Shown here: positions 43,201 to 57,759 of the stretch, in pieces
Layout of the letters: every line of letters begins with the position of its first letter
Numbering within the stretch: position 1 is the first letter of the stretch
Position numbers and translations under genes: made by a program
The notes under the pieces: generated by a model
What the model was told of the DNA's origin: nothing
The model's input: the letters and a program-made list of their open reading frames with translations, nothing else
The model's database searches: none
Origin: Felis catus
Taxonomy: Eukaryota
DNA length: 64,000 nucleotides
Direction of reading: 5' to 3'
Assembly: GCF_018350175.1 (NCBI RefSeq)
Contig: NC_058383.1
Location: forward strand, 17,610,001 to 17,674,000

Positions 43201-46200
43201 GACCATGGGGGACCGGGACAGCGGCCCCTTGGGTCATGAAGACCCTTTTTAATTGGCTGGTCACTAACATCCTGGAAGAACCTGCCCAATCAGGGCACCC
43301 AGGGAGAGGGGCCAAAGCCAGGAGCACAGGAAGGTGTGAGCAAGGTAGTCTTAGCCCACTGCGCTGTCAGGCTGGGGCCACGCGTGCAGGGGAGGAGGAG
43401 GCTTCTCAGATCAGGGCAGGGAGATACTCACAGATCAAACACCAGGAACATGAAGCTAGAAGACTCGTAGGAATCGATGAGAGTGACTGGGAAAGAGGCA
43501 GAAAGGTAGAAATACGGAGATGGAAAGGAGCGGATGCATGTTATAGGGGCTTTCCACCCCAAGGTGGCAGTGGGCTGTTACTGGGAAGGAAGGAGAACCA
43601 AAAGGAGGCAGTAGGGACCCAAAGGCTGGCCACACTTTGAGGTGGAGCAGAGCCATGACGAAGGGAGCAGAGGCATGGAGGCAGTGTGGGGGGAACGGGG
43701 CTATGGGCAGGGCCAGCAGGAGGTGGCTGTCAGCTAACAGGAGCAGGGAAGGCAGCCTCACTGATGTGGGGGTGGCCGGCGACCTGGCGAAGGATGTGCG
43801 TCTCTCGCCGCGTGGCTTCTCGCACCTCCTCTAGCTGTTCGGGGCTCAGTCGCTCAGCTGTCACCTCCATGATCTTCACTGCAAACTCATGGCCAGTAGC
43901 TCGATGAACACAACGGCGCACCACGGAGCTCACTCCTCTGCCAGAGTAAGACAGCACAAGAGTCAGGCCTCCTGCTCTGTCATTTTCACGCAGAGTCGTG
44001 CCTCGGCATCCTCTTACCCACTGCACCAGATTCCGAAGATCCATCTGGGCGACAAGGCTGCCTCCCGAGGAGCCCGCTCTGATCTACAGTAGCTTCACAG
44101 TAGCCTCAGCAAGCAACCTGGATACCCAGCAAGGTGCAACACAAATCTCACAGAGAAGACAGGTGGAGGTCCTGGGTTTGAACCCAGTTTCTGCCACTCC
44201 CTCCGTGGATAAGCTTAGGCAAGCCTTTTCCACACTGAGCTCCAGAGCCTGCCTCTTGCTTGCCCTGGAACCCCACAAGGAGAAAGTGGGAAGAAATGAC
44301 CTAAACCTCACTCCAAATTTTACTCACACTTCGCTGATTACCCCACCCAAATCCCAAAGTTCTCCTAAAATACGTCAAGTGCAAGGGGCTCCAAATAAAT
44401 ATTGGACCATTGACTGGAAGACCAAAGTTGTGAATTAGGAGACCTTGGTGTAGGCCCCAAATTTGCCACTAATTAACCTCCATGTAACCTAATGACCTAA
44501 GGTCTCTGGGCTTCCACTTTGCCGGCTCTGAAACGTGGCCAAAAACATCTTGAAGAGATGTTGAAAAACATTAAGGAGATAGAAGCAGAAAAGCCCATTT
44601 GGCATGGTGAAGAGAAAGTCTTAGACAGGTATTTCATTGCTGGGAATCTGTCACCAATTGCATATGACCCTACAAGTACCTCAGGCTAAGTGCAAATCTC
44701 TCCAAGATCGGCCCTCACACCACATTTCCTATGTTGGTTCCCTGGCTGCCCTCCACATAACTTTACTGCCGTGCTCTCAAGGCTTCCTTGCCCTTATGTA
44801 ACTCCCTTTGCTTAGAATGCCTGTCAACCACATCTCTAGTTCCATCAAGAGATACAAACTATTGACCCTCTGGCCAGGTGCGCTGTTTGGCCAGCGTATT
44901 CTTGTTCTTTTCAAAATGAATTCCCATCTTAAGTGGGACAAGACCCGTCCAGCTGCCGCAGTGCTCCCCACACCTACTGCCTTACTCTTGGCCACTTCAC
45001 AGTTTCACTTTCCTGATCTCCACTAAATGGCAATGCCATTCAACCAGACTCCCAAGCTAGAAATCTTGGTACAGTTCTTGGCTTCTTCCTCTCCTTCACA
45101 ATCCACCACATGCAACCAGTCCACTCCATTCTGTGTTTTTTTTCAATTCTGTTTCCTACTTCTCCACCCCCATAGCTGTTAACAGCCTCCCCACTGATCT
45201 CCCTGCTGCCAGTCTCAGCCACTGCAACCCATCCACCACACTGCTTCCAGAATGAGCTTCTTATGACAGTCCTAAGAATCATGTCATTCATTGCTGAAGT
45301 TTTCCAGCTTAAATTCCCTAACAGTTCCCTCATTCCTTAGTGGGACCCCCTAGAACAACTGTGCTCTTTTGAAATGAGACCTAAGAATTCCAACCTTATA
45401 GTTAACTGTGAAGTGCACTTAAAATTTTTTTCTCTCCATACTGCATCCCTATTACCTGCAAGATAGAAGTCAAATCCCAGTCCCTTCACCCATCACTCAG
45501 AAATGGTCTCAGTTTCTGTTCAGCCTCATCTTTGGCTATTACTCTGCTATTCAATCTTTATTTCAGTGACTTACAACTTATCAATTTCTAGAATGCATCA
45601 AGCTCTTTTAAAGCTTCATGCCTTTATACATGAATAGACTGGTACTCTGGGAAAAGTCATTCAGTAAAAGTATGCAGGTAATTTACTATGCAGGGAAAAG
45701 ACAGTGGAGACCAGGGATGATGCTACTACTGTAATGCCAGAATGAGATGACAGGGGCCCTACCCTCTGACCTGCTTTCTCCAAAATGGGTCTTTCTGTAC
45801 CCTGTGGCAGTGGAAACACTGTCCTTCCCTAAGGGTTCTTCCCAGCCTCGGTGAATCCTCCCTTATCTAGTCCTGAAACCCTATGTCAGTTTAGGACTTG
45901 GATTTCAGCTCACTTCTCTTCCAGACACTCTCTCCCCCCTGATGACCTCCAACCAGTCCCAGGGGACTTAAATACCAACTGTGCAGTTGGCTCCTGCTGC
46001 ACTGTCTCAAACCTTGAGTCCTCTCCAGAATTCCTGATCCCAAAGGCCTTTGTGACATCTCCATGTGATATATTTTAAAAGAGTCTGAACAAATCTAATA
46101 GCCACACCCCTGTCTGCTTTCCTGGCCTGGGCAGCATGGGTCACAGCAGACCATGCCAACCTTCCAGAGGCACATTCTTTTTGTCCTTTTGTTTCTAACT

Positions 46201-48411
46201 CACAGGTGCTATCTTATATCTTAGTCTCCCTTACTGACTCCTCCTTCTGTAACCCCTTAATGGTGACAGGCCTCAGGGCCTAAGCCTAGGCCCCCTTTCG
46301 TTTCTATTTACTCACCAACTACTATCTATATGCTAACGCCTCTGATTTATTGCTCTAGCCCAGCTCTCTCTCCAATTCTAGACACATGTACCCACTTGAC
46401 AGCTCCAGGTAGATATCTCAAAACTTAGTATTTCCAAAATGGAACTCCTGACTTGCTTGCCCCTGCCAGGAATCTGATCTTTCTCACACTTCTTCATTTC
46501 AGTAAACAGTACTCAGGCGCTCAAATCCAAACCTGAGACGTTACTCTTGTTTCTTTCCGTTTCCCTCATGGTCCGTAACCAGTCTTTCAGGAAACTATCA
46601 AGTCTCTCTTCAAATCATCACCTAAACCTATCCACTTCTCCCCATCTCTACCACCGCTCCTCTATTCTAAACATCACCATCTCTAGCCTGAATCCATCAG
46701 TAGCTTCCTAACTGATCTCTACACATCTACTCTTGTCCTTTTCCTATCCGTTCTCTACACAAGAGCCAGAATAACCTTTTTTAAATGTAAGAACACATTT
46801 GTGTTGAGCACTTACCATATGCCAGGAAGTGTTCTAAGAGTTATCATACTAAGGGGCACGTGAGTGGCTCAGTCGGTTGAGTGTCTGACTTTGGCTCAGG
46901 TCATCATCTCACAGTTTGTGAGTTCGAGTCCTGCATCAGGCTTGCCTTGCTGCTGTCAGCACAGATCCTTTGTCCCCCTCTTTCTTCCCCTCCCCTGTTC
47001 GCACACTCTCTCTCAAAAATAAATAAAACATTTTAAAAAAGTGTATCAGGGCACCTGGGTGGCCCAGTCGGTTGAGCATCCGACGATGGCTCAGGTCATG
47101 ATCTCACAGTTAGTGGGTTTGAGCCCCGTGTCGGGCTCTGTGCTAACAGCTTGCTCAGAGCCTGGCACCTGCTTCAGATTCTGTGTCTCCCTCTCTCTCT
47201 GCCCCTCCCCCACTCACTCTGTCTCTCAAAAATAAATGTAAAGAAAAAAAAATTTTTTTTAAGTGTATCATATTCTTTCCATCCTCACAGCAACCTACAA
47301 GGTAGGGTCTATTTTTATAAACCAATCTAAATGGAGAAACTGAGGCATGGAAAGTTTAAGTTCCTACCCCCAAATCGAAAATATGTAAATCAGATTATGT
47401 TACTGCCCTGTTTGAAACCACCAATTTCACTAGAATAAAATCTAAATGTCTTATCATGGCATAAATCCCTACATAATCTAATGTCTATTTACCTCTCCAA
47501 CTTAATTTCCTCCACCTTGTGCCACTCTTACTACATTCTAGCCACCATGATCTTCTATCTATTGCTTGAACAGGCGCTTTCTAGCCTGAGCCTTTGCATG
47601 TGCTGTTCCTTCTGCCCCAAATATATCCTATCTCAGCTCACAAGCTGTTCATTCCCATCCTTCAAGTCTCAGTCCCATTAATTACTCTCATTCCATCATC
47701 CCAGCATATGATGACGTTTATCTTGTTTTTGTGTTTATCCTCCATCTCTACCACTAGCATATACTCCGGGCAAACAGAAAACCTGTGGGTCTTGTATTCC
47801 TAGTGCCTCAAACAGTGCACCCAGCACACTATACGTGCTTACGAAATCTTTGATGAGTAAGTGTATCTGCACTGTCTCTACAAGTGAGGCCTTCCTTCTA
47901 TTCTCTGCATGCTGAACTCCTATTCATCCTTCAAGACCCAAATATCCCCCTTTAGGGGGAAGCTGTGGTTTTATCAGCCCCATCACACTATTTACACAGC
48001 CTGATACTACTTGAACGTTTTTTGTGTCTCTTTCAGTCACTTCATTTGGAGGACAAACAATTCTTCTACCCTCCCTGTGCTTAGCTTCATGTCTGGCCGA
48101 CAGTAAGTTACTTCAACTATGCTTGCTGAACACATAAATGTGTGAATTTGGAAAAAATGGAGGTTGGCTCAGAAAAAGAGTTTAGTCACCAAATGTTGCT
48201 CCACTAACCACTGTTCCTTCCCATTTAGAACTATCCGGCCCTCAAATGGAATCGTGTATTCTGGCTAGGACCTCATCTCTCTGGAACTCTGTCTCTCTGG
48301 CTGAATGAAGCCTCACCTGCCAATGACGTCCTTAGGGTCGTACTTCTGGTAAAACTCCTTGGCCGCTGCCCAGTCGGGCAGCTCATCCTCCGGCCCCACG
48401 TCCAGCGTCAT
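40203..48411 (-). CDS. PHKG2: Phosphorylase kinase catalytic subunit gamma 2 (liver/testis), 406 aa; coding exons 48317-48411, 43762-43937, 43432-43486, 42298-42363, 42043-42206, 41044-41134, 40796-40949, 40598-40723, 40203-40496
   Basis: Starts [33 protein letters not shown]; kinase motifs [25 protein letters not shown]-terminal regulatory region. Exons sum to 1221 nt. AATAAA (-) at 39948-53. Confidence 0.97.
45000..48140. mobile_element. Degenerate L2/MIR fragments in PHKG2 intron 2, interrupted by two tandem + Can-SINEs (~46853-47040, ~47048-47260)
   Basis: L2-like phrases (ctccaattctagacacatgta, aaacttagtatttccaaaatggaactcc, ttgtattcctagtgcct). SINE 5' ends ggggcacgtgagtggctcag and ggggcacctgggtggcccag. 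Confidence 0.6.
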
Positions 48412-48479
48412 TCTGAAGGTGGTGGGGGCCTGTGTGGAGGAAACGGAGGGTAGGGAGGGCAGTGAGGCCCACAGGCTCT

Positions 48480-49200
48480 GGGAGGACACACATCGCGGCT
48501 CGCGGAGGCGCAGCCCTTGCGGCTGGGGCGCCAGGATCCTGGGGGATAGGGACGGGGTGGGGGAAGGATCAGGACTGGGGAGACCCTGAGAAAGGGCCTA
48601 GGGGGCGGGAAGGGTGGCAGGGCAGGGAGGGGGACGGGGGAGGGGAAGGGAAAAGGTGCTAAGGAAGAAAGGAAGGGGCACACGGGCAGGTGGCTGTTGC
48701 TGCGCAGGCGCACTTGGGCGGGCACTGGGAGGGGGCGTGGGGTCTCGCGCAGGCTCACCGGCGGGTGATGAGAGAGAAGCCAGGGTCAACGCGAAGCCTC
48801 TCTGTCCCGGGTTCGCCTCCAGTTCCTTACCTTACTCCCAGGGCGGCGCCGGCAACGACCTCAGGCCCCGCCCCCATCCTGTCGGCGAGTGGTCAGCGCC
48901 GCCTGAAGACTGAGCTTCAAAATCCCTTCCGATTGGAAGTTCGTAGTCCAATAGGAAGCGGGGAGTCCCTAGGCTGGCGCGGGCGTTGGAGCTCGGAGTT
49001 ACCGAAGGCTGCGACGCTAGGGCGGGGCTTCAGATGCAGCCAATTAGTGCACAGGATCTGCTGGGGACAGCAGGGGGCGGAGCTCGTTGTCTAGAGGGCT
49101 TGGAGGCTTACAACGGTACCCGGAAGTTAGGTTTACCCGGAAGCGTGGCTTCTGGGTATCTGGGTCGCGGGACTAGCTGCGTCTCAGGTTCCCGGACTTG
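48480..49200 (-). promoter_or_regulatory. PHKG2 CpG-island promoter and non-coding exon 1 (candidate donor GTGAGC at 48757-58)
   Basis: CpG-rich; GC boxes (~48866, ~49074), CCAAT boxes (~48932, ~48949, ~49040), paired CCGGAAG ETS sites (~49120, ~49137). The exon 2 acceptor lies 18 nt before the ATG (48430-31). Confidence 0.8.
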
Positions 49201-49332
49201 GTCATGGCCCCTTCTTTTCCTTCTAGCATCACTATCTGAATTTGGCTCTTTTTTAAACTTTTATATTGGCAGCCTGGCAGCAGGAATGCCTGCTTTGAGA
49301 AGTCACTTCCCTGCTTTTAAAAGGCTTGGAGT

Positions 49333-49520
49333 GGGCGCCTGGGTGGCTCGGTTGAGCATCTGACTTCGGCTCAGGTTATGATCTCAGGGGTTTGTGAGTT
49401 CAAGCCCTACATTGGGCTCTCTGCTGTCAGTGCAGAGGCTGCTTAGGATCATCTGTCTCCTTCTCTCTGTCTCTCCTCCGTTTGTGCACTTGCTCTCTCA
49501 AAAGTAAACACTTAAAAAAA
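49333..49520 (+). mobile_element. Can-SINE upstream of the PHKG2 promoter
   Basis: gggcgcctgggtggctcggttgagcatctgacttcggctcagg... Confidence 0.85.
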
Positions 49521-50396
49521 ATGCTCAGAGCATACAGCTTGGACCCCCACGTGCCACTGGGTGAGGACTTGGACGAGTCAGAGCCTGTCAACCAGAAGAG
49601 GCTTCCCAGTCCTCTGGTTGCTGCGCCTCTTCAGTATCTCCAAAGCCCTCGTGCTCACCATTTGGGGTTATACATTTCCCAGTCTTCCACCACCACCTCC
49701 TTAAAAGCCTTGGGGGATTATCACACTCTGTTCTAAGCCTGCCAAATTGTGTGTGATACTGCCCGGAGCAACTTACTTCATAAGCCTTTTCAGTGCATAA
49801 CTCAACCCTGGCATTGACTTACTCATTCAATATTTGCTGAGCGTCTAAACGCTAGACTATCAGCAGTGGGCGGGGGGGGGGGGGGGGGGGGGGGGGAGGG
49901 GAGGGGGAGAAGTCCTCACCCTTTTGTGGAGGTTATGTTCCAGCAAAAAAAAAAAAAAAAAGGCACAGAATGAATTCATTTAATCTTTAGCAACTATCTT
50001 AGAAATGTCACTTTGGGATCACAACCATAGAAGAGAAAAACGAATCCAAGTAACTTTTTAACTGAGTACTTTGACTTTATACCATCAATCTGAACAAAAT
50101 CGCAAAGAAACCTTGAACTTAACTTTAGTGGGCTGTTTGGTAGCATAATGGGATAATTATTCAGAAATTGGGCAAATGAATAAACATGTTGATGTAGTTG
50201 GCAGCCAAGTTTCTTCCTGTGGGAATTTGGAATTTGGGATGGTGAAAGGGGAGAAAGAACCTTATGACTGATTAAAATCATATGACTTAAAAAATAGATT
50301 TAAAACAGATAAAATTAGATGTGTTATAGCTCTAATCTCTAAAAGGGCCTAAAAGCAATAACATCCCAGAAGAATTAGTACAGCTACTCTAAGTCG

Positions 50397-50420
50397 TTTT
50401 AATTTTTTTAAATGTTTATT

Positions 50421-50456
<36 letters not shown>

Positions 50457-50622
50457 TGTGAGTGGGTGAAGGGCACAGAGAGAGGGAGATGCAGAACCTG
50501 AAGCATGCTCCAGGCTCTGAGCTGTCAGCACAGAACCTTACATAGGGCTCCAACTCACAAAACCGTGAGATCACGACCTGAGCCAAAGTCAGACACTTAA
50601 CCGATTGAGCCACCCAGGCACT
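50397..50622 (-). mobile_element. Can-SINE with (GA)n expansion
   Basis: Typical body; flanks ctactctaagtcgtttt / ctactctagtcatttt. Confidence 0.85.
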
Positions 50623-51039
50623 TCTACTCTAGTCATTTTAAAGTAATAGTCCTCAGTTCAAGGAACCAGGACTCCTTGGGAGAAATGGCCAATTCCCAGG
50701 CTTGGGCCAGAAAGTAAGTGAAGAAATGTGGAGACATAGCAGGACACAAGAACCAAGTTGAAGGAATTTCCACTGGTCAAAATCAGGAACACAAAGATTA
50801 ATGAGGCTGAGAGGAACATGGAGGAGCCTTCTGATGTGCTAGAAATGTTCTACTCACCTAGGTGGTTGATTATATAGAGGTCTTCACCTCTATGAGGTGT
50901 TCACCAAGCTGCACACTTAAGATCTGTGTACTTTACTTCATATAAATTATACCTCAACCAAACATTTTAAGGATGACAGTAATGAATCTAACAAATTGAA
51001 CTAAAAAACAATCTGGGACCATACTTACATTAAAACTGA

Positions 51040-51938
51040 CACTGGCTCCTGAGTGGCTCAGCCAGTTAAGCAACTCTTGATTTCAGCTCAGGTCATAATC
51101 CCACAGTTCAAGAAATTGGGCTCTAAACTGACAGCAAGGAAACTGCCTGGGATTCTCTCTGTCTCTCTGCCTCTCCGCCAATCTTGCTTTCTCTTTTTCA
51201 AAATAAATAAGCATTTTTTTAAATTGTAAGTATTTAGGAAAGAAGGGCCTTCAACTTACTCTCAAATGGTTCCACAATAACAGTTTGTGCATTTAGAAAG
51301 ATCTAAAACAAATGTGAAATGTTAAAAAAGTATAAATCTAGGTGAAGAGCACATGAGTTCATCGTACTATTCTTTTGTTCAGTAGGCTTGAAATTTTTCA
51401 AAATTGAGTTTAAAAGTAGCAAGACCTTGGGGCCCCTGGTGGCTCAGTCGGTTGAGCGTCCGACTTTGGTTTGGGTCTCTCAGCTCATGAGTTCGACCCC
51501 CATTCGGATTCTGTGCCTCCCTCTCTCTCTGCCCCAACCCACTCGCATTCTGTCTCTGTCTCTCTCAAAAATAAACATCAAAAAAAAAAAATTTTAAAAA
51601 ATAGCAAGACCTCATTTAATCAGTTTGGGGGAATGGGATAGTTTCCTCTAGAAACTGAAAATGATTAATGAAATATTACTTTTAAAAAAGTTTCTTTATG
51701 GGGCGCCTGGGTGGCGCAGTCGGTTAAGCGTCCGACTTCAGCCAGGTCACGATCTCGCGGTCTGGGAGTTCGAGCCCCGCGTCACACTCTGGGGCTGATG
51801 GCTCAGAGCCTGGAGCCTGTTTCCGATTCTGTGTCTCCCTCTCTCTCTGCCCCTCCCCCGTTCATGCTCTGTCTCTCTCTGTCCCAAAAATAAATAAACG
51901 TTGAAAAAAAAAAGAAATGTTGTTTAAAAAAAAAAAAA
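51040..51938 (+). mobile_element. Three + Can-SINEs (~51040-51220, ~51429-51600, ~51700-51938) within old L1 fragments
   Basis: TSDs tagcaagacct and aaaaaagtttctttatg flank the second and third copies. Confidence 0.85.
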
Positions 51939-51994
51939 GTTTCTTTATGAAATCTAAAATGTGTTATACTGATGTGGAGGCAGCAGCTTACACC

Positions 51995-52098
51995 AATTAA
52001 ATCAGAATCCCTAGGGACAAAAGCCCAGGCATTAAGTACTTTTTAAGGCTCCCCAGGCAGTTCTATTGTGAAGACAAGATTGACCATCAGTGCCCTAG
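51995..52098. mobile_element. MER5-like hAT DNA-transposon fragment
   Basis: aaatcagaatccctagg...gcccaggc...tttttaaggctccccagg resembles the recalled MER5A consensus. Confidence 0.55.
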
Positions 52099-52299
52099 GT
52101 ATGGCTTCTATCCATTGCTGTAACTCTAACCTCTGGGACCAACAATAGAGTCTCTTCACTTTTATTTCCTGGAGCACTTCAGAACACTGAAGACAACCAT
52201 CATGTGCCTCTTCTTCTCTTTAATCTTCTCTCTTCGGTGTGCAACAAATATCTCTAATTCATTTACGTGCTCTGCTGGTCTCTAAATTATGGTGAAATA

Positions 52300-53020
52300 A
52301 TCCAAAAATTCAATTCCCAGAGCACATGTACTCCAAGAGACATGTACAAGGATGTCCACAGCAGCATGATTCATAATATCACGAAACTGTAATCATCCCA
52401 AAAGTCCACCAACAGGAAATGGATAAAATGTAATATATTCATATAATGGAATACCATACAGTAATGAAAACTATAGCTGAATCAAATATTAATCTCAGCA
52501 ATAATGTTAAAGAAGCCAGATATGAAAAGAATACATATGATTCCATTTATACAATGCTTAAATGCAGGCAAGACTAAATTCCATTGTTAGAAATCAGAAT
52601 GGAGGGTGCCTAGGTGGCTCAGTCGATTAAGCGTCTGTCTCTTGATTTCAGCTCAAGTCATAATCTCAGTTTCATGAGTTTGACCCCCACATTGGGCTCT
52701 GCCCTGACAGTGCAAAGCCTGCTTGGGATCCTCTCCCTCCCTCTCTCTGCCATTCCCCCCATTCGTGCCCTCTCTCTCTCAAAATAATAAACTTAAAAAA
52801 AAAAAAAAAAACACCACAAACTTATCAGAATGGTAGTTACCTGTGGGAAAAAAGGAAGGGAGTGGTATTGGGAGGGATATAAAGGAGGTTTTGGAGTAAA
52901 GGCAATGTTCAATTTCTTGATTGAATGGTGATTTTCAGATGTTTGCTTTGCGTTAGTTTATAAACTCTGTATTTGTTTGGGATATTTTCCTGCATGTATA
53001 CTTCGAAATTTGAAATAAAA
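52300..53020 (+). mobile_element. Old L1 3' fragment interrupted by a Can-SINE (~52603-52810)
   Basis: L1-like catgtacaaggatgtccacagcagc...aatggataaa...atggaatacc; TSD atcagaatgg on both sides of the SINE. Confidence 0.75.
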
Positions 53021-53149
53021 TATGTTTAAGATTACCATGAGGCCCAAGATATGAAAATTCATTATAATCCTACAAAGCTTCACACACAGGGCAGAGACTT
53101 ACCTGTGACTGCTATCCAACCCTTCCATTCCTCTTTTGACTCTGGAAGC

Positions 53150-53350
53150 AAGCTATCTGGGTTCAATCCCAGCTCTGCCTCTCACTAGCTGGGTGACATT
53201 GGGTGCTTGTTTCCTCAGCTATAAAATGTAAATAATGGTACCTGATATCGATTAACTGTGAGGACTGAAGGAGTTAAGAAATATAAAGTGCTTAGAACAC
53301 AGCCTGGAACATAGTAAGCACTCAGTAAATAGTGGTTGCTGCTATTACTC
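53150..53350. mobile_element. MIR
   Basis: ctgggttcaatcccagctctgcc...tttcctcagctataaaatg...aaagtgcttagaacacagcctggaacatagtaagcactcagtaaat. Confidence 0.75.
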
Positions 53351-53917
53351 TTCCTATCTGGCCACAGGGTCTCTGTTGATGTGTACGGGAGAAGCTGGGG
53401 TGCTTCCAAGAAGGGAAACCACCAGGAGAAGGGAGGGGGTGGAGAGAAAGAAAAAAAAAAAATCCTTTCTTTCTCTCGGAGTGCCTAGGTAAAGGGAAAT
53501 GCAGATTTCGCCATCGGTCACATGTCCAGTCTGGCTCTCGCCAAGAACCCGGGGAAAGTAGGGGAACAACAATTAGACAGGAGCATTTCACCACTAAAAA
53601 AGCTTTTTATTACAAAACAAATTCTAATAAAATCAGGCCTGGTTTTCAACCCCACCTCTGGGTTGAGGCCCCTAGGATGTGATGGGCTGGGGGAATTAGG
53701 GGGTGGTGGGCACTGAAAGAACAGAGCAGGCTGGCCTCCCCTCATCAGTCTCAGCTGCTGCCTCCTTTTAGAAAGGTCTAGAAGAGCTCTTCCAAAGCCC
53801 TTTGAGAGAGGCACCATCCTTCCAGCCAGGAAGGACCACTGCTCGCCCCAGACCCTAGCAATGCCGCACTGCAGGATCCAGGAGGTCTCGCTGACTCTCA
53901 GCAGAGGCCACCCAGGG

Positions 53918-55763
<1,846 letters not shown>

Positions 55764-57759
55764 TCAAGGTACTTGTAAGCCCAACAATTGAGCCATTGGT
55801 CTGGCGTGCTCAGACTCCACCCCTCTCTCTGATGGGTCCTCGTGACCTAGCCCAACTGTCAGGTAAGCTGCCTTATGCGGAATTCTTCCAGTGACTCATA
55901 GACCAAGAGAGGAAATGTGTGGCCGGAATCCTTTTTTCTCAGCCTAAGATTTGGAGCCTTTAAAGGCAAGCTGGTGTGAATATCGCATTATCTGTTTTGC
56001 TGTTTTGACATGTAGGGGAAAGGAAAATGACAGGAGCACACTGACAAGCAGGAGAAAAACCATCTCAAAAGCTGCTAGGAATCAGACTATATAAGTCAGT
56101 GACTTTAAACTGTATTTCAGAGGGCTTAAATTTTCCTGAAGTTCCTCAGAGGCTGCCCCTGAATATTAAGGGGTCACAAAATAGCACCCTAAGCCCTATA
56201 CCCCACTTTAAGCAAAGCAATCATTTCATGTGAAAACACGGTGGATGACAACACAGGGATGGGGGAAAGGAAGGGGAAAATTATCCATTCAAGCTCTCTT
56301 TGTAGCTGAGGACACTGAACACCAGAAAATCCTTACCTGCGTAAATCAGGGCCTCTTTTGCTATGCTGACTCCCTGCTACCTCTACTCTCCATTTTAATT
56401 AACCCAGGACCAGTCTGACCTCATAACCCACACAGAAACCTACATAACGATGCCTTGCTTAATCACTTCTCATTCCCCTAACTTCTCAAGTCCTCTGAGC
56501 TCTGGCATCAAACCACCTTTCCACCCTCATCTCCAACCATCCCCCTACATCCTACACAAAACAGAACCATTTGCAGTTCTCTGAACACAAGTAACAAAGG
56601 ATAGATGGAAAGAGGAAAGGCAAGATAAGAAGAGTGCAAAGAATCTCTACCACAAGGCTGAAGAGTGGGTATGGGAAAAGAACTGCTGAGGTAAACACAG
56701 ATGTAGTCATTGGGGGGGAATGCAAAGAGAGGGTCCAGAAGTGATCAAAGGAAATGTAAAAATGAACAGGAGCTCTTACCTGGCTATAGGCCTTGAGGGA
56801 CTGTGAGTTTCGGCTCCTGCCTCAGGTTTGATTTGGCTTGGGTGGAGAAGGAGCTGACTCAGGTCTCCAAGCCAAGCCCAGGGGTGGGGTTGGGTGGCCA
56901 GCCACCTCCTGAAAAGCCCCAGGAGCTCGGAATGGGGTGTGGCTGACTCAAACTAGTTTGGCTAGAAGGAGGGAAGCAAAAGGGGGATGGAGCAACTGGA
57001 GGTAGGATGCCTGCCTTCTGGAAAAGGAGTGAAAGCACCTGAGCAAGAGGAGTAAAAGCAGGGGAAAATCTGAGGCATCAGAGAGCTCTGAGGGAAAGTC
57101 CAGAACTAAGGGAATAGGAGGAGAGAAAAAGTATGAGTTGGAGTGACTTAAAACTGAAACTTTAGGGAAAGACACCCTACCAGATCAGATTTGCCAATCT
57201 TCCCTCCTCTTGGGTGATTTCTACCTCAAAGACACATAATTCTGGGTTAGAGATCAGGTACTAGGGTTTTGGCAAGAACAAGAGAGAGGAGGAAAACGAT
57301 GCCCAAGTTCCCACCCAACCCTCCACCAGACCAGAAAATCAGAAGCCTCCTTACGCGGATGCTCATACAGAAACTAAGTTTATTATTTTTTCTTCTTAAA
57401 AAAAAAAGAAAAAAAAAAAAACTCATGGTAGAGAAGAAGCCCCTCCCCCTTCCCCTAAAGGTGGGGGCTGTGAAAGATAGCTGGGGAATCAAGTACAAGG
57501 GGGTGGGGACAGAGACTATCTTGCCACCCTTAACACTGCCCAGCCTTGTGGGGTGGAAGGGAAGGGGGTATATGAAGAGCCCCGTTTCCATGACAACCAG
57601 TTGCCTACCCCCTACTTTGGTGGAAAGAAGGGAGAAGGCCCCTATGTCTCCCTGGAGGCTTTCCCCCTCAAAAGACTTCAAGTAGTGGTTAACAGAGTCA
57701 GGCCTGGTTGTGGAGGGAGAGGGGCCATGGCGGAAAGCCCAGGTGGAGGGGCAGCCCAC

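Noticed and set aside
43998..44438. 146-aa plus-strand ORF inside PHKG2 intron 2
   Set aside because: GTG start, runs into MIR-like sequence, no recognisable homology or supporting exon structure.
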